Source: Paramecium tetraurelia (lineage: Eukaryota). Taken from it: a DNA stretch of 64,000 bases. The stretch lies in NCBI GenBank assembly GCA_000165425.1, contig CT867993.1, positions 1 to 64,000 of the forward strand, in the 5' to 3' direction. A model generated the notes under the pieces. The model worked only from the letters and a program-made list of their open reading frames with translations. It ran no database searches and had not been told where the DNA came from. A program made the translations under genes and the position numbers. Positions 13,051-27,122 of the stretch are shown piece by piece (position 1 is the stretch's first letter; each line of letters starts with the position of its first letter).

Positions 13051-13740
13051 ATGCAAGTTTTCGTTATTATCCTATGATTTAAGTTTAAAAGAAGAGATTG
13101 AATTGAATTCAAAGAGAGATAGAATTTAATTCAGAAGTAAGGTGAAAATGTGCAATTACATAAATAAGGAATGTCTAGGTATTTAAATTATTTTTGATTG
13201 ATTAAGAATACAAGAATTTTGAATATAAATATAGAAGGTTCAAGTATTAATTGGTTAAGTTTTGGCTCCTTTTTATAATAATAATAAACGTAAATTCTGT
13301 TGTTTAATATTAGAAGCAATTCTTAATAATTGGAATGTGCATCTGAAAGATACTGTTGATAGAAATATTAAATTTATTCTTTCTGCTTGTGAAATGGCAA
13401 AAGGCAGCATTTTCTTAAGGTTTCCCATCACTAATAATCAAAGCATTAAATCAACCTAATTAATTTATAGAAATGCTATTAACTCTATATAAAACATACT
13501 TGTGCATTGGTATAAATGATAAATACTCAGTTTTGGTTGAAAATCGAGATCAATTGGATTTTTTAATTAAAATCATAAAATGACTGTAAATAATTCACTG
13601 GAATTTGTAAAAACTTAAAGACCAATAGCATTTTCAAACAAGGGACTCATGAAGCAACTTCAGTAATATTATGATATAGTATTATCTCTTCTATTGTGTG
13701 TATAAATTATACAAGAATATTAATAAAGCAGTAAGAATGA
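13051..13740 (+). pseudogene. Degenerate dual-specificity protein phosphatase
   Basis: NIKFILSAC; after a 21-nt intron the catalytic loop reads NILVHCFG*KSRS (TGA 13538-13540 replaces Gly); FVKTQRPIAFSNKGLMKQL; 5' part disrupted. Confidence 0.7.
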
Positions 13741-13762
13741 TTTATATTATTTTTATGATTTA

Positions 13763-15688
13763 TCATACATATTTATTTTTCTACAGTAATGCTTGTTATG
13801 CCAACTCTAAAAATAATAGGCATAATTACTTTGTCTCTGGGCTTCAATATTATTTGTAACTCCTACTCTCTCATTAAGTAATTTTGTTTTTTGATCTAAA
13901 TTATCAAGTTGCTCCTTAAATTTATCAGCTCTTTTGAGATTTTCATCAAATCTGACTTGCTTTTATCCATTCTGTATTTCTGATCTAGTTGGAGATCTAT
14001 TATTTATTGTGGAAACAGATCCACCAGGACCTGAAAAAGGTTTCTTTTGTTGATTCAAAATTTATTCAATTTCTTCATCTTCGCTTCTTAATTTCTTTTT
14101 AGATCCTTTTTCTTTCTTTTCTTACTTCTTCCCTTTGAACCAGAATTAATACAAGAGCACAATGACAATTGCAATAATGATTATTGGGAATCTAAAATTT
14201 GAGAAGATGTCGGTATCCTTCTTCTAGGGCATAGTTATCTCATAATAACTGATCAATTCGTGATCATTCTATACTTCTCTAGTCAATAGATAATGAGAGG
14301 CACCATTTCCCTTAATAGACTACAATACAACTTATTGACCTTTGATTTACTTAAAGAATTCAAGATTAAACGGTTGATCATAATCAACTTCAGTCAAGAT
14401 ATCAGTAGTATTATATAATAGAGATTCCCTGTTTTCCTAATCATAAACAATTAGATAATGTCTTAGACTAAGTAATTTGGGATTGCTCAATGGGAATTAT
14501 GGTTATTGATTGTTCACTAATTTCAATTTCATTTTGCATTGCTCATTTTGTTTGATTTCGAAAACATATACTTCACCTAAATCAGATAGAGCATAAACAA
14601 TATTGGTTTGTTAAATATCAAGTGTCAAATGAACTATTTAAAATGGCAACTGTCAATAATATAAAATATTATACATTATCACAAATGGGTTACACTATTT
14701 CTAAGTTGGTAGGATTAATGTATCCAAATCCTGTTGATGTCAAATATAACATATTTGGATATGATTTAACTACTTGTAAAATGGGAGTATTAAAATTCCT
14801 CTCCCCTATTAATGTACCATTTCGATTGTACACACTTTTATTATATAAATATTAAAGTACTAGACACTTCCGTTGCTTGAACCAAAAAGGATATATTTAG
14901 TTCCTTTCACGATTGCATATATCATAGATGTGATTTATTGGTTCTCAATGTTCAATTCGAATTCTTTATTCAATTGAATCACTACTTTGGTTTTGGCCTT
15001 TTGTGAATCTTGAGTTTCAATAGGTACTCTGGAATTCTCTAATTTATATAGCGCAAATTGTCCATCTTTATCTAGAATAATGTAAGCTTAATGAGTACTT
15101 GCCAATGCTAATATGGGATCATCTGCACGATTACTTATTGATACATATTAAGGTTAGAAGTCTAAAATCAAATATTAATATACCCAATTAGGTATTTACT
15201 ATCATAGTATTGGATAGATCGTAAATCTCAATTTCTTAAGTGTTTGTTACAACATATAGCATTTAAGTAAAGGAATTGTCAGTGGTGGGTGATTTGTATT
15301 AAAAACTATAATATGGGGAATCAATTACGTTTGAATCAATGATGCATCCAAAATGGAATTGGTAATATTAAATTAATATTTCTTGAGCATTCTATTTGTG
15401 AATGATCTCTCCTTATTTAAATTTTGCTTCTCACCACTCTAAGTCTTGTAAGGTTTCTTTTATACAATCTCTTAGAGTACTTATTAATCGATTGACTATC
15501 CTATATTAATCATTCAATACAGGAATGTTTTATTAATTGGCTATTGAAATTTCTCTCAATTCCTTTAAGTAATGTAGTTTCTCAGTATGCAATTATATTA
15601 AATGTTCCAATTATGCTATCTCAATTTCAATCAAATCAGCATCTCTCGCTACTATACAACTTAGTGCAATTAATATAATTAATAGCAT
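13763..15688 (-). CDS. Type I membrane protein (signal peptide, short coiled coil, beta-rich lumenal domain, TM, basic tail)
   Basis: MLLIILIALSCIVA signal; TM FPIIIIAIVIVLLYQFWF followed by KGKKQEKKEK. Confidence 0.7.
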
Positions 15689-15782
15689 TCAGATTTTTTA
15701 TTTATTAATTATTCACATTTATTTGTTGCACTCAATCATTATTTATGATATAATCTAAAATAATATTTTATTTAATCAATGA

Positions 15783-16560
15783 ATGACAACAACCTCAATT
15801 CATTTTCATAATACTAAACATATTCTACTTATTAATCTAGAACAGTATTGCCACAAAATAATCATCAATCACTCAAAATATAAGAGTATACAAGACCTGA
15901 AATTCAGAAAATCAACTTAAAATTGGATTAAATGCTTGAAACTTTAAATTAGTTCACTCCCTCCTTAATGAATCAATAAAAATAATAAGAGTCCCACTTA
16001 AATAATAGTCAACTTGAAACCTAACTTCCTCCTTCTTAATATAATTCGTTTATTGGAAAAGATAACATGTAATATTCATAATAATAATAAAAATAATTTA
16101 CAAACTAACGATGTCAACCACTTCACTATTCTATCAGTCCTCAATAAACATAATACAATGCAAGTCTCAAATAAGAATTTGATGAATACCTTTAATTTAA
16201 AGACTTTGTTAAAGCCAAGAAACTTGTGCTCAATAGCAATGCTCCCCTGTCAGATTTATATAAATATTATCTAGAGAATGACGTTTACTAGAAAACTTAA
16301 TACTATAGATACCAAGAAGAAAAAGTTAATAAAATCATCTTATAAAAATGAGCAATTAATTCTATTCCTACATTTTAGATATTAACAATCTCATAATTTC
16401 TTATATCTCTAATATATTAATATTGAACCTATAGATTCTAATCAAATGATGATTAAATCATATAAAAACAATAGAAACTCAAAAGTATTGTTACAAAATC
16501 AGTTTTAAGCAGCAGCCAATACTTCTTACCATGTTATCAGATTATCTATTCTCTCAATGA
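15783..16560 (+). CDS. Hypothetical low-complexity protein
   Basis: ATG 15783, Q/N/S-rich code-6 frame, TGA 16558; no recognised domain. Confidence 0.45.
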
Positions 16561-16580
16561 ACGCTTTACGATTTTTTATT

Positions 16581-19500
16581 TCATTACTATTTATCTGATT
16601 GTTTTTGCTATCTGCCTTCAATATTTTCTTAAATAAAATCTAGAATTTAATGAAAAATCATTACTTATGTTGTGATTGGACATCGAAGAATCTAAGTAAG
16701 GAAAAATTCTGCAAAAGGGACATTTTCTACAGAAGATTTAATCTTTTGTTTGTCTAATGATCTCAAATCCCATTCCCCTTAGGAAGTTGGTAAATAAACT
16801 CCGATTTCTTGAGTTGTTTCAATGTTGAGTACAGAGAATTTGACTCCACACATCCTTCTATTAGCTCCAATCACTGAAATTGTAACTACTGATATTTTGG
16901 AATTATCGTATAAAATCATTCTAATATATTTAAAATTGAGAATACCTTTTGAAGGAACCACAGTCATAAGAATTCTGAATTATTGGATTTTTATCAAATT
17001 ATTCTTGGCTTTATTCACAGGCTTTCTCAAATACGTTGAGATTGAACGAATATAAGAGTTATTAAAATATTACGATCTTCTCTTCAGATTATAATTTATC
17101 AAACATTATTGAGAATTCTCTTTGTATGGATGAATATGGAATGGTAGTTTATCCTTTTGCTTTAATTTTAGTTTTGTTGGGTCCAAATGTCTCAAAACAA
17201 TTTTATAAACAAACTTAAATGCTCTATAGATCTTAATTATCTAATACGATTTGTAATTAATTTTTAGATCCAGTATTCCAACTTTTACATCTAAAATATT
17301 TCTATCCAAATAAAGTATTCGAGAATGAAATTCCTAAAGATTTCAGATATTCCTCAAATTATATGATAATGGTCTTTAAATACTTAAGAAATTCTTTAGG
17401 ATTCTTGAAAATCAGATTCTCGGTCATAAAGGTTTAATTTAATGAGATTGATTAATGTACCTACTTTACTTTAGTTTTATCAAAGTGTTTCTCCTGTAAT
17501 GCTTCAGCCACATCATCATCACCAAATTTTGGTGTTTTTTCAGTCATTTTTAGCAATGTAGTCTTACTAAAGAATGAATATTGATCTTTAATAGATTTAG
17601 CATCTTAAAAGAAAGCATCCATAGTTGAATAATCCATTTCTAAGTCTAATCTCAAAGTATCCTTACTTATGGGATCACAGATTGATATTCTGAATTGATC
17701 AGTTTCAATATGATGGATATAAATTAAACAATTTGTATCCATGAAATCGACTCTCAAAGTCAATCCATTTAATAATCCATATGGTTTTGGCCAGAACTGT
17801 AATTTCATCTCTTGTGTTATCTCATCTGGAACAACAGCAGTATATGGTAATACCAAAAATTTAAAGAATTAATGAGTTGTATTGATGCTTGGTTGATTGG
17901 TTGGTAACATTTCTTAGAAATCTACATATGTTATTAAACCTTTTAGCAATTCTAAATTGATGTTTTCTTAGCAAATCAATGAATTTTTTTGATCAAATGC
18001 TTTAAGGAGTATTGATTTACCTTCATCTCTGGTATCAACTACCGTAGCTTCTACTCTGTAGTTAGCAATGTTCTATACATCACTATTCCATTGATCATTT
18101 TCATCCTAGGATGCTGATTGATATCTAGTATACATTTTAGAAAAGACAATGTTGACATCAAGCATTTCTAATAACTGTGTGATATAGCTTTAGTTTTATT
18201 TATAAATATAAGGTGTGGTTTCATCCATTTATATAAAGTCGTCATCTGGCGAATGATAAAGGCTGTTCTATTTTTTTTAAACCTCTTTTAGTGGTATTTG
18301 AATACTCATAGGGGCTGTTTGTATGAGAGAATTTGATGGTTATTAATTTAATGATTAAATAGTTTGAGCAGCAGCTTATTATTATTATAAAAGGTTTTAT
18401 TAGTATATTATCATTTATTATTATTAGGATTAGGATTGTAATAATTTCTCTAATTAAGATTATTTGGCAATCAAATCTTATAATTAAGACTTTAATTCAA
18501 TGACTTCAGTTTATTTTTATTCTTTTTCTTTTTTATTGGTTGAATTCTCATTTTTAATTTAAAATAGGTTGTTCTCTAATAAATCTATCTTTTTCTTTAA
18601 TTGCTCAGCTAATTGATTATTTTCTGGTTCTTGTTTTTTACTGTTTAGTGATTGAGTGTATAATTATTTTAATTCATCTAATTCTCTTTATTGGACAACT
18701 AATTTGTTTTGAATGATTTCAAATTCCTGTGAATCAAATTAATTAAGTTTGCCAGTGGAATGTAATGATCCAGATGACAATTATTGATTCAGAGGAGGTT
18801 TATTTGAATTTGGTTTATTGGTTGTGATAGCTTGTATTTGAGTTTATGAATTGTTATTGGAGAGAACATTAAAATTGTATGATTTGAATTTGCCTTGATT
18901 GGGACTGTTGATATCATTTTTAATTTGTTTGATTTAGAATTGCTTACCTGAACTTGGCCTGGCTTGATCATCACTGAAGATTGATAGCACTTTATCTTTT
19001 TTCTTGTTTTCAGGCAGGATTCTAAAATAATAACTATAGAGTTTCTTACTTCTCCATTATTATATAAACGTAAGGTGATGTTATAATGTTAGTGCTGATT
19101 CGATCAATATCAAACATATCCTTATAATTTTTGAGATAGAGCATGTCAAGTGAGTCTATAAGAAATTAGTGTATAAGTGTATCCTGAGAGACTACTTGTG
19201 ATCGGTTTAAATCAGGACTCATTTTTCTATGCAATCCATTGATTTACTCAAAGATCATTTGGCCTAGATATTTTTGTGACAATTTGGATGCATTAAAGAT
19301 GAACTTTCTCTTGAGATCAGTTATTGAGCCATCAATTGGCTTTCCAATGATTTCTAATGCCTATTTACTCAAGCCAAACCTATTACATAACTCTAATTGT
19401 TCACTCAATAATATGTATGCAATAACAAGTGTACTGATATCACTTTAATTAGGTATGGTATTGGCTTTAAATTGTTAAAATATAAAGCCTTCTAATTGTT

Positions 19501-20147
19501 CAAACAATGCCACTGCTCCTTTTAAAGATCGCAATATGTCATATTGATTAAGGAGGAACATACATCTTAATTGAATTCGATTGAATGAAACAGGAACAGA
19601 ATCTAATTAATATTCCAATTGAAATGAAGTGAAATCAGGGTTAAGGGTAAGCATTTCTTAAAAGATCTCTAAGAGACGGGTTGTATTACCAGATTTACCA
19701 ATTAGTTATTCATGGCAATGCAATATAATATATTTCAGAACATCTTTGTGTTATTTGTCGGAATAGGCATCATAAAGGATATTAATGAAATTGATTTCTT
19801 CATAGAGGTTGAGTTGGTATACTTTGAGGATGATGTTAAGTAGTTCTTGTTGAGAAAGATTTTCTATGTTGGAATCAGATTGACTGAATGTAGATATCAA
19901 TCTCTAGATTTTTGTTATGTTATTTGTGTAGAGGATTTCTTATAAGAGATGCTGGGGAATTTGAGGATATAATTACTTATGGATTCTTATCTCTCTTTGA
20001 AAAATTATCATTGTCAGTTTCAATTAATTTTTAGAGAGGTCCAGTCACAGGAGAGGTTTTGGCACTTGAGACATATCGTCTTGTACTGGGATTGGGATTA
20101 GTGGAGTAGGTGCTAGGGAATTTAGACATCTATTGTGTTGAGTGCAT
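16581..20147 (-). CDS. Large hypothetical protein with TPR-like N-terminal helical region and Q-rich coiled coil
   Basis: MHSTQQMSKFPST start; TPR-like segments (IYCIAMNNQLVNLV, AYILLSEQLELCNRFGLSKQALE); long open frames; TGA at 16581-16583. Confidence 0.65.
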
Positions 20148-20189
20148 AAATAATTATTGAAAGGGGGGATTTCAAATATATTAATAAAA

Positions 20190-20647
20190 ATGGAGAAGAG
20201 ATTTTATAAGACATGTTCAAAGCATGCTTACTATTAGTACATCAATAGATATGATCCAAAATTGTTAGCAACTTACTAGACAGGATATTATCATGGAATT
20301 GGTAGATAGTATGATATTGAATCACAATTATGAAAGAGGGCTATTCAAGACATTGGTGTTAAGATAAGCAGGAGATAGCATCGGAATGGAAGAGGATCAC
20401 AGTTATACTTATAAGATGCATGTGATGGCCATGAATCTTATGTACAGAAGTGGCTGGGTTTTGTTTGCTTACATTTTAATTTGGAATACTTTCTTATTGG
20501 GAGATCCTTGCTAAGTATCAATCAATCGATAATCAATAGGTGTTTAATACTTCTTACTGGGATTTGGCATGCAAACCTTCAGGTGACATGGATTACAACA
20601 CCAGATACGAAATGTTGTATGTCCAAGACAGAGTATTAAGATTCTGA
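20190..20647 (+). CDS. Small single-pass membrane protein, possibly mitochondrial
   Basis: C-terminal part reads MNLMYRSGWVLFAYILIWNTFLLGDPCQ-intron-VFNTSYWDLAC..VLRF*. 5' exon structure unresolved. Confidence 0.45.
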
Positions 20648-20695
20648 TCTAATTATATATTAATCATAAAAACATAATTAGTATTATAAATAAAA

Positions 20696-21239
20696 TCAAT
20701 AGTAAGAGTAAATGGATTGATCGATTGTTGTTATTCTTTTTGCTTACGAATGTTTGAAATCTTTAATTCTACTTCAAATTTAGGAGAGTTTCTTGATAAA
20801 CTGCATTGCTGCTGTATTTCTAGTTATATTTAAATAGCTATTATTGGTTTTTAAGAAACAGTTTGTTAGTTTATACAGACACACTGCGTTTCTTAATCTG
20901 ATGATGCTTATCCTAATCAGACTTAGTGTTATCATTTATATCATGAGAACATTTCAGATTCTTCGGATTATCAACTTCATTGAGTCCGAAACTTGAACCC
21001 ATATTGTAGAATTCTTTGTCTTCATTTGATTGCGTAATGGGATCTTACTTCAATTCTACTTTAAATCTCAACGAAAATGAATAAGGTTCTGATTCTTCAT
21101 TGCATTCACAAATAGTAGAATTAGCATCGAAATAGTCGGTTGATGCTTTCATTACAAATAAGGCTTGTGAATCCCTTTTCAATTGAGGAGTGTCATCAAT
21201 AATACATTTTAATTGAGACAAATCAATGTGGTATGCCAT
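20696..21239 (-). CDS. Hypothetical protein
   Basis: MAYHIDLSQLKCIIDD frame continues through TAA=Gln; 3' end uncertain. Confidence 0.45.
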
Positions 21240-21255
21240 TAAAAATAAAAATATT

Positions 21256-22635
21256 TCATTTTAAATTCCTTATATACGGTAAGACTTTGGTTCTCCACTC
21301 TTAATCAAATGTCTCAGTCCTAAAAGTCTCCACACCTTTCTTCAATTACTGTAGAATTTAGGATTCAAATCTAAAAGCTTATGACAAATGATCGAACAAA
21401 TCATCTGGAGTGTCAAATACTATGCCGTTCTTCTAATGTTACACCAATTCAGATATTCTAAAGAGTGGATATGATATGAATACGCATTGAATGATTTGGC
21501 GAAGACAGGAGTACCAGCTCCAAACATATCCACTACTTTCATTGGTAAATCTAGACCAGATGAAGAGTAATGTAAACAAATTCCTAAATCAGCACATGCC
21601 AATAATTTAGGATAGTCATCGATGTCTAACCAGGCTAAATTTACTTTTACATGATTCCAACATATATTGCACTTCTAAAATATCTCTCTAAACTCCTCCT
21701 TCATTGGTCCCTTACCTGTTATAACTACATACAATTTTCTATACTCTCTCCCCTACTCAATATCTAAATCATCAATCTTTAACTTACTTGCCAAATCTTC
21801 ATATTTCTACAATGCCTACACCAGTATATTGAAATCCTCATCCTTAGTCCAAGAAGTACTACTCACTATCAATCCTGGTCTATTCACCTTCTCGACCGCC
21901 TACTGATTATTTATTTCCTCTGTGAACAATGTCTCATTGCTGTTCAACACTTCCCATTGCCAATGGAAGTCCAACTTCATGTACAACTCGTGTTTCTCCC
22001 TTGCCTTATTTATCACATTGAAATTGATGTTTGCCTTATCATATACTACAGTAGCACTTTCATCTATAGTATTATTATCTATACTTTATCCTCCAATTCT
22101 ACTACAAGTCCTTCTGCATAGCCTGTGATACGCATAAGGCGAAATCCTATGATCGACTAAAGTAATGTTCATAGGATCTAGCCATCTTCAAGATATATTT
22201 GTTTCTCATCTGCAATGCCAATATTGTATGTCCATAATTGTGAAAATCTATGATGATCTTTGATCTGCGGAGGGCCTTTATTAAACTTACTACTTGCAAA
22301 ACTGGAATTGAGGGAGGATTCTAAACCAAAATAAACTCCTATTTCCTACTAAATAAAAGCAAGAGGAATAAGTAACATGATTGTAATACAATTCGGAGTA
22401 TTGCATACAATAAAAATAGGAATCTTGGCATTTTCTTCAATTGATTTACAATCCAAAGGTTCAGATCCACTATTCGAATGTTTGGATTTGACAATAAAGC
22501 CTAAGTCGGCTTATTATCCAAATACCCATAGAAATTAATGCGGTACTCTGTGTTATCAGCTATTGCTAAAGCATGATTAACCATTCTTGGTGATCTTCCT
22601 ATGTCTCCAAACACTATTATGGAACATTATTTCAT
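21256..22635 (-). CDS. ALG1: Chitobiosyldiphosphodolichol beta-mannosyltransferase
   Basis: [73 protein letters not shown]. Confidence 0.96.
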
Positions 22636-22871
22636 TGATGTATTATTAATATTATTGTGTATTATTTCTAGTAATGAAATCTTTTTAATTTCATATGTTC
22701 TTATTGACTTTCATATCTATTCATTATACTAAATCAACATGCAGGATTGACATCTTTATACACACTTTTTGGATTGTTAAAATTCATAAAAATTGATATA
22801 AATTTAATGGAGAAACTGAATATATTCATAATGATTGTCAAAATAATAAGAAGTGAGAATAATTTTTAAGA

Positions 22872-23564
22872 TCATTTATATTATAAAAGGGTTTGCGAAG
22901 TGCAAAACATTTCTTTTCTGTTCTATACTTTTTCTGCATTATCCGAACATTTCGATCAATCTTAAATACTTAAATATTGATACCTAATCAACATTGTTTC
23001 GATATCTAGTTTAATTTACTAATTAATTTCGTTCCCTCTCTCTCTCCTTTCGTCTTTAAAATATTTCATTATTTAAGTAAACTCCACCACTTCTATGTTC
23101 AAAATCAGAGTAACTCTTGTTCCTTTGTTAAATTGAACGGTGAAATTCAACTCCAGTCTTTTATTGACATTCGATCATCTAGCTCATCTTGGTCTTGTTA
23201 ACACTTTTGCTACTCTAACTACTTACAATTCAATGTTATGTCTGGTCTTCTTCCATTTCTCTAACTACTATTCGACATTATGCAACTTGTTTATTATGTG
23301 AGCTTATCTATTGAACGAACTTCGTTTCTCTCTTTCAAACATTTCTTGCTCCTGCAATTTCTATCTTGCCTCTCTCTCTGCCTGCAATATCTTTAACTTC
23401 TCCTAAACATCAGCCTAATTTGGAATCCCTTTCACCGGACTTGAAGGAAGAGAATCAACACGCTATTTGGCCATTGGTTCACCTGGTAAAAATAGTACCT
23501 TAGGTATCCTCAAACGACCTAATTATTGCAAAGTTCCATTTTCATGTTAGGAATGAGATTTCAT
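22872..23564 (-). CDS. Hypothetical protein
   Basis: ATG 23564, charged code-6 frames, TGA 22872; no recognised domain. Confidence 0.4.
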
Positions 23565-24238
23565 TATATTAATATATTATTTTAACGCTATTTATTATTG
23601 CAAGATATGTTTAGGATTGTCTTCTGTCGAACAATTTGATATTTAATTCAAATTGTCAATCCATGACTCATTTGTAACTGATCATTATTCCACTCTTAAA
23701 GTCTCAAATCGATGCATGATATATATTAATTGAGACAGTATAATAGGTTAACTCAATAAATTATGTTACTAATATAGTATAACAACCTTAATGCATGACA
23801 TTAACTAATATAGATTATTGCATTAATACTTTACATACTCAAATAAATGGATGGCTCCTAAAATTGGATAGGATGAGCCTATTAAATTATAATAAGTTTA
23901 AGATTGCCATAACAGATATAGGATTTTAGTTAATTGTTCATATTAGATACCAATGATATGAATAGGTATGATGTTTTTATTTATTCTCATTAATATCCAA
24001 GCATTCAAAAGGTAATTTGCTATCATTAATAGAAGATATCTATGAATTGGATAAAAATAGTAAGACATTTGAGCTAAATAGAATTACAGATGGAACTCAA
24101 TTTACAATGGTCTCATTATTTGATTGCACTCATACATATACGTATATTTAAAATTGGACATAATATTTTCTTAAATTTCTATTTGATCATTATTAATTCA
24201 AATTGAGAATTGATATAATTTAATTATTTTTACACGTA

Positions 24239-25530
24239 ATGGATTAAGCCTCATTGATCGATGAATCGGAATAGTCTTTTGAATAATCCAGAAGGGTAGA
24301 ACCAACAGTATCAGATAAAATGAAAAGGACTGAATCTGCAACACTCAAATAAAAAATAATTAAGTAGCATTGATCATGCATTTAAGTTAAGTTTCATTCG
24401 AGATGTGTAACAAAGCAAACTACCACTTGATTCCATGCCAAGCATAGTACAATAAAAAATAAGCGACTTCGAAGATGAATTTTAAGATCTGTGGAAGGAA
24501 TCTGATGAATATCTAAGAGAAAATGGAGAAGCCATTGAAAAACTTGTCATGAAACCACTATGTTCAAAGTACATGCATCTATCTGAAATTTTAGATTGAT
24601 TTCAATTGATCCAGTCAAAGATAGAGAAATTGAATTTTCTATGAAAGCATATTCATTTGTTTAAGCTAAACATCTTGAAATTGATGAAAACATAGAAAAA
24701 CATAAAATGTTTAACTAAGTAGTTGATTGTAAATAGTGAATTTATCTTAGTGATATCTAAAATTGATAAGGTAGAAACACCAAAAGAAAAACTAAACTGT
24801 ATTGTGAATGCAGGTAAATAAACTAGTGGTAATAGATTAATATAAATTACGTAGCTATTGTCAATTAAATGGCTAATAATTAGCCAACAGGTGCTGATAA
24901 TCTATTACCTGTGTTAATATACGCCACTTTGAAGGCATAACCATCAAAAGCCTATTCAAATATCTTATTTGTGAGCTATTATAGATCACCTAAAAGAATC
25001 ACTGGAGAGGATGAGTACTATTTTACTACTTATGAATCGACTCTGCAATTTATTGAAAAATTAGACTACCAAAAATTAAATATCAATCATCAAGAATTTC
25101 AAGATCTAAGCAAAGAACGTTTAGATGTGATTAAAAACTCTTAAAATGTAATCAAATTCTATTATCCTTAATAGGAATTATCATAAAATGGAATTTTTAA
25201 TATGGATGCACACTAAAATTATGTGAATCTGTAAATGATTAAAATGAAAATATAAGATCTTCAACGTAAATCAAAGTTCTACGAACAATCAAAGAAATAT
25301 AAATTAAAATTCAATCAAAAATAGTTAAATGTAAAATTGCATATTTCATTTAGAATATCACTTTGAACGAAATACCAGAGTTTTATGATGAATATTAAAA
25401 TCTATATAAGAATTTATTAGAAATGCAAAAGGATATTCACAACCTATACAATTTGACCAATGAAATTATAAAGGAAAGTTAAAGTGAAACCAAGAAGGTG
25501 GCTACTCGAAAGTTCTTTGGAATTATATGA
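24239..25530 (+). CDS. VPS9-domain Rab5-family GEF
   Basis: TPKEKLNCIVN, PTGADNLLPVLIYATLKAQP, SNILFVSYYR, GEDEYYFTTYESTLQFIE; several introns of about 25 nt. Confidence 0.9.
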
Positions 25531-25782
25531 ATATTGTTATCTATATTATATTGTAAATAATATTAGTATTATTTGACATCATTTATTATTATGGAGTACA
25601 ATATACAGTATTTATTATGTTTAGAAGTGCTTAGGTATATTAAAATATTTTGCTATTAAGAATTAGCAGAAACATTTAAATCAATCAATTAGGATAATGG
25701 AAATGACTTTATAAGATGAATAAAATATATTTGAGTGTATTGAATAATTCTAAAAATAATGAGCACAAATAACTTTAATCTA

Positions 25783-27122
25783 TCAATTATAAATTTTAGG
25801 GTTATTCAAAAAAACATCTGTCACTCTAATGATATTCTCTGTTGAATCCTTTTCCAATTTAAACACTTAGACTCTTTCACTAAATTTCTGTTCAATCAAT
25901 TTCACAAATGCCTGATACCTAGTTATCCTCTATTTTAGTGATTATTCATTATGAATCTACATTAGTTTATTTAATTACCTGATAGTTCTGTAATCTGTCT
26001 AATAATGGTTTATTATTTAATGGCACTTTCTCATATTTTATTTTAGTAACAGGATCAATCTTCAGTTACTTAGACTTGTTAATTAGGACATCTTCATCTT
26101 CATTCAACACTACAAACAAGTTAACATGTTGAGCCTCCAAAAACTTCAATTAAGCTTCATTCTTAGGAAATCCTTCCAAAACCCATCCCTTAGTTCTTGC
26201 CTCAGTTGATAGTACTTCTGTGTAGATAATACTATTCATAATGTCATTAGGAATTTCTTCTTCCTTTTAAAGAGTATTATAAATTAGAGGTCCCAAGGCT
26301 CCTTTGTTTTGAATTTATTATTGAATCATATCAAAAGTTACAATTTAAACCAAACCATATCTCTTACTAAATATTTATGCCAATTAATTTGCTCTCTCTT
26401 TTAAACCAGGAGGGCGTATAATTGCTACTCTTGGAAAACGAAGAGGAGGAAACTTCCTATCCCTCAAACGAATAATCTATTTGATATTTTCAATAATATC
26501 TTCTTTAGCTCTTTTGGATGTATTGAATATGTCCATATAAGATCCGTAGATGTACTCTAAATCCTTCTTATTGAGTCTATCTCTAGTCAATGCCTTAGTG
26601 ACTTCCTCTTGAGATTAAGATATTTATTCATAATATTATCTGCAAAAATCCAAATCGCTCTCCAAATAAAAGAATCTAAAATGAATTCATATTTTACCTC
26701 TCTTGTATTATACCTAGGGATTGTAAATAATATGCTTGTTTGATGTTATTGGGATACCCAGATATTATGACACCCCTGAAATGTTTTTCAGTTTTTTTCA
26801 ATTCTGAATGAATGAATTCATTTACTTAATCGTCATTCACCCAATGAGATTTAAAGTGATCTTCTATGGTAATAACTTTGTAATTGAACAAATTAGCAAG
26901 TGATACTACTATTTCCTATCTTGTTGTAGCAACTACACCTGTTACTAGGATAAGCCGTTGCACTCTTCTATTTTCAAGCACATCAACCAAGAATGTCATA
27001 GGATCCTGAGGTCTCGAAAGCACTAATAATCTTGTCAGATTTTCAAACAAGTCAGTCATTTTATGATCTTTTATGTAAGCCTCCACTTTTTATTGATACT
27101 CAACCAATTCACTTGTATTCAT
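25783..27122 (-). CDS. AK8-like protein: docking/dimerisation domain + two adenylate kinase-like domains
   Basis: YIKDHKMTDLFENLTRLLVLSRPQDPMTFL docking domain; GVIISGYPNN; RYGLVQI; RTQGWVLEGFPKN; RLIDPVT lid. P-loops degenerate. Confidence 0.8.

Noticed and set aside
13538..13540. In-frame TGA as selenocysteine
   Set aside because: It replaces a Gly, not the catalytic Cys; the gene has other lesions and no SECIS was recognised
23600..24130. Possible gene or remnant upstream of the Vps9 gene
   Set aside because: TGA stops in the frames examined and no recognisable motif
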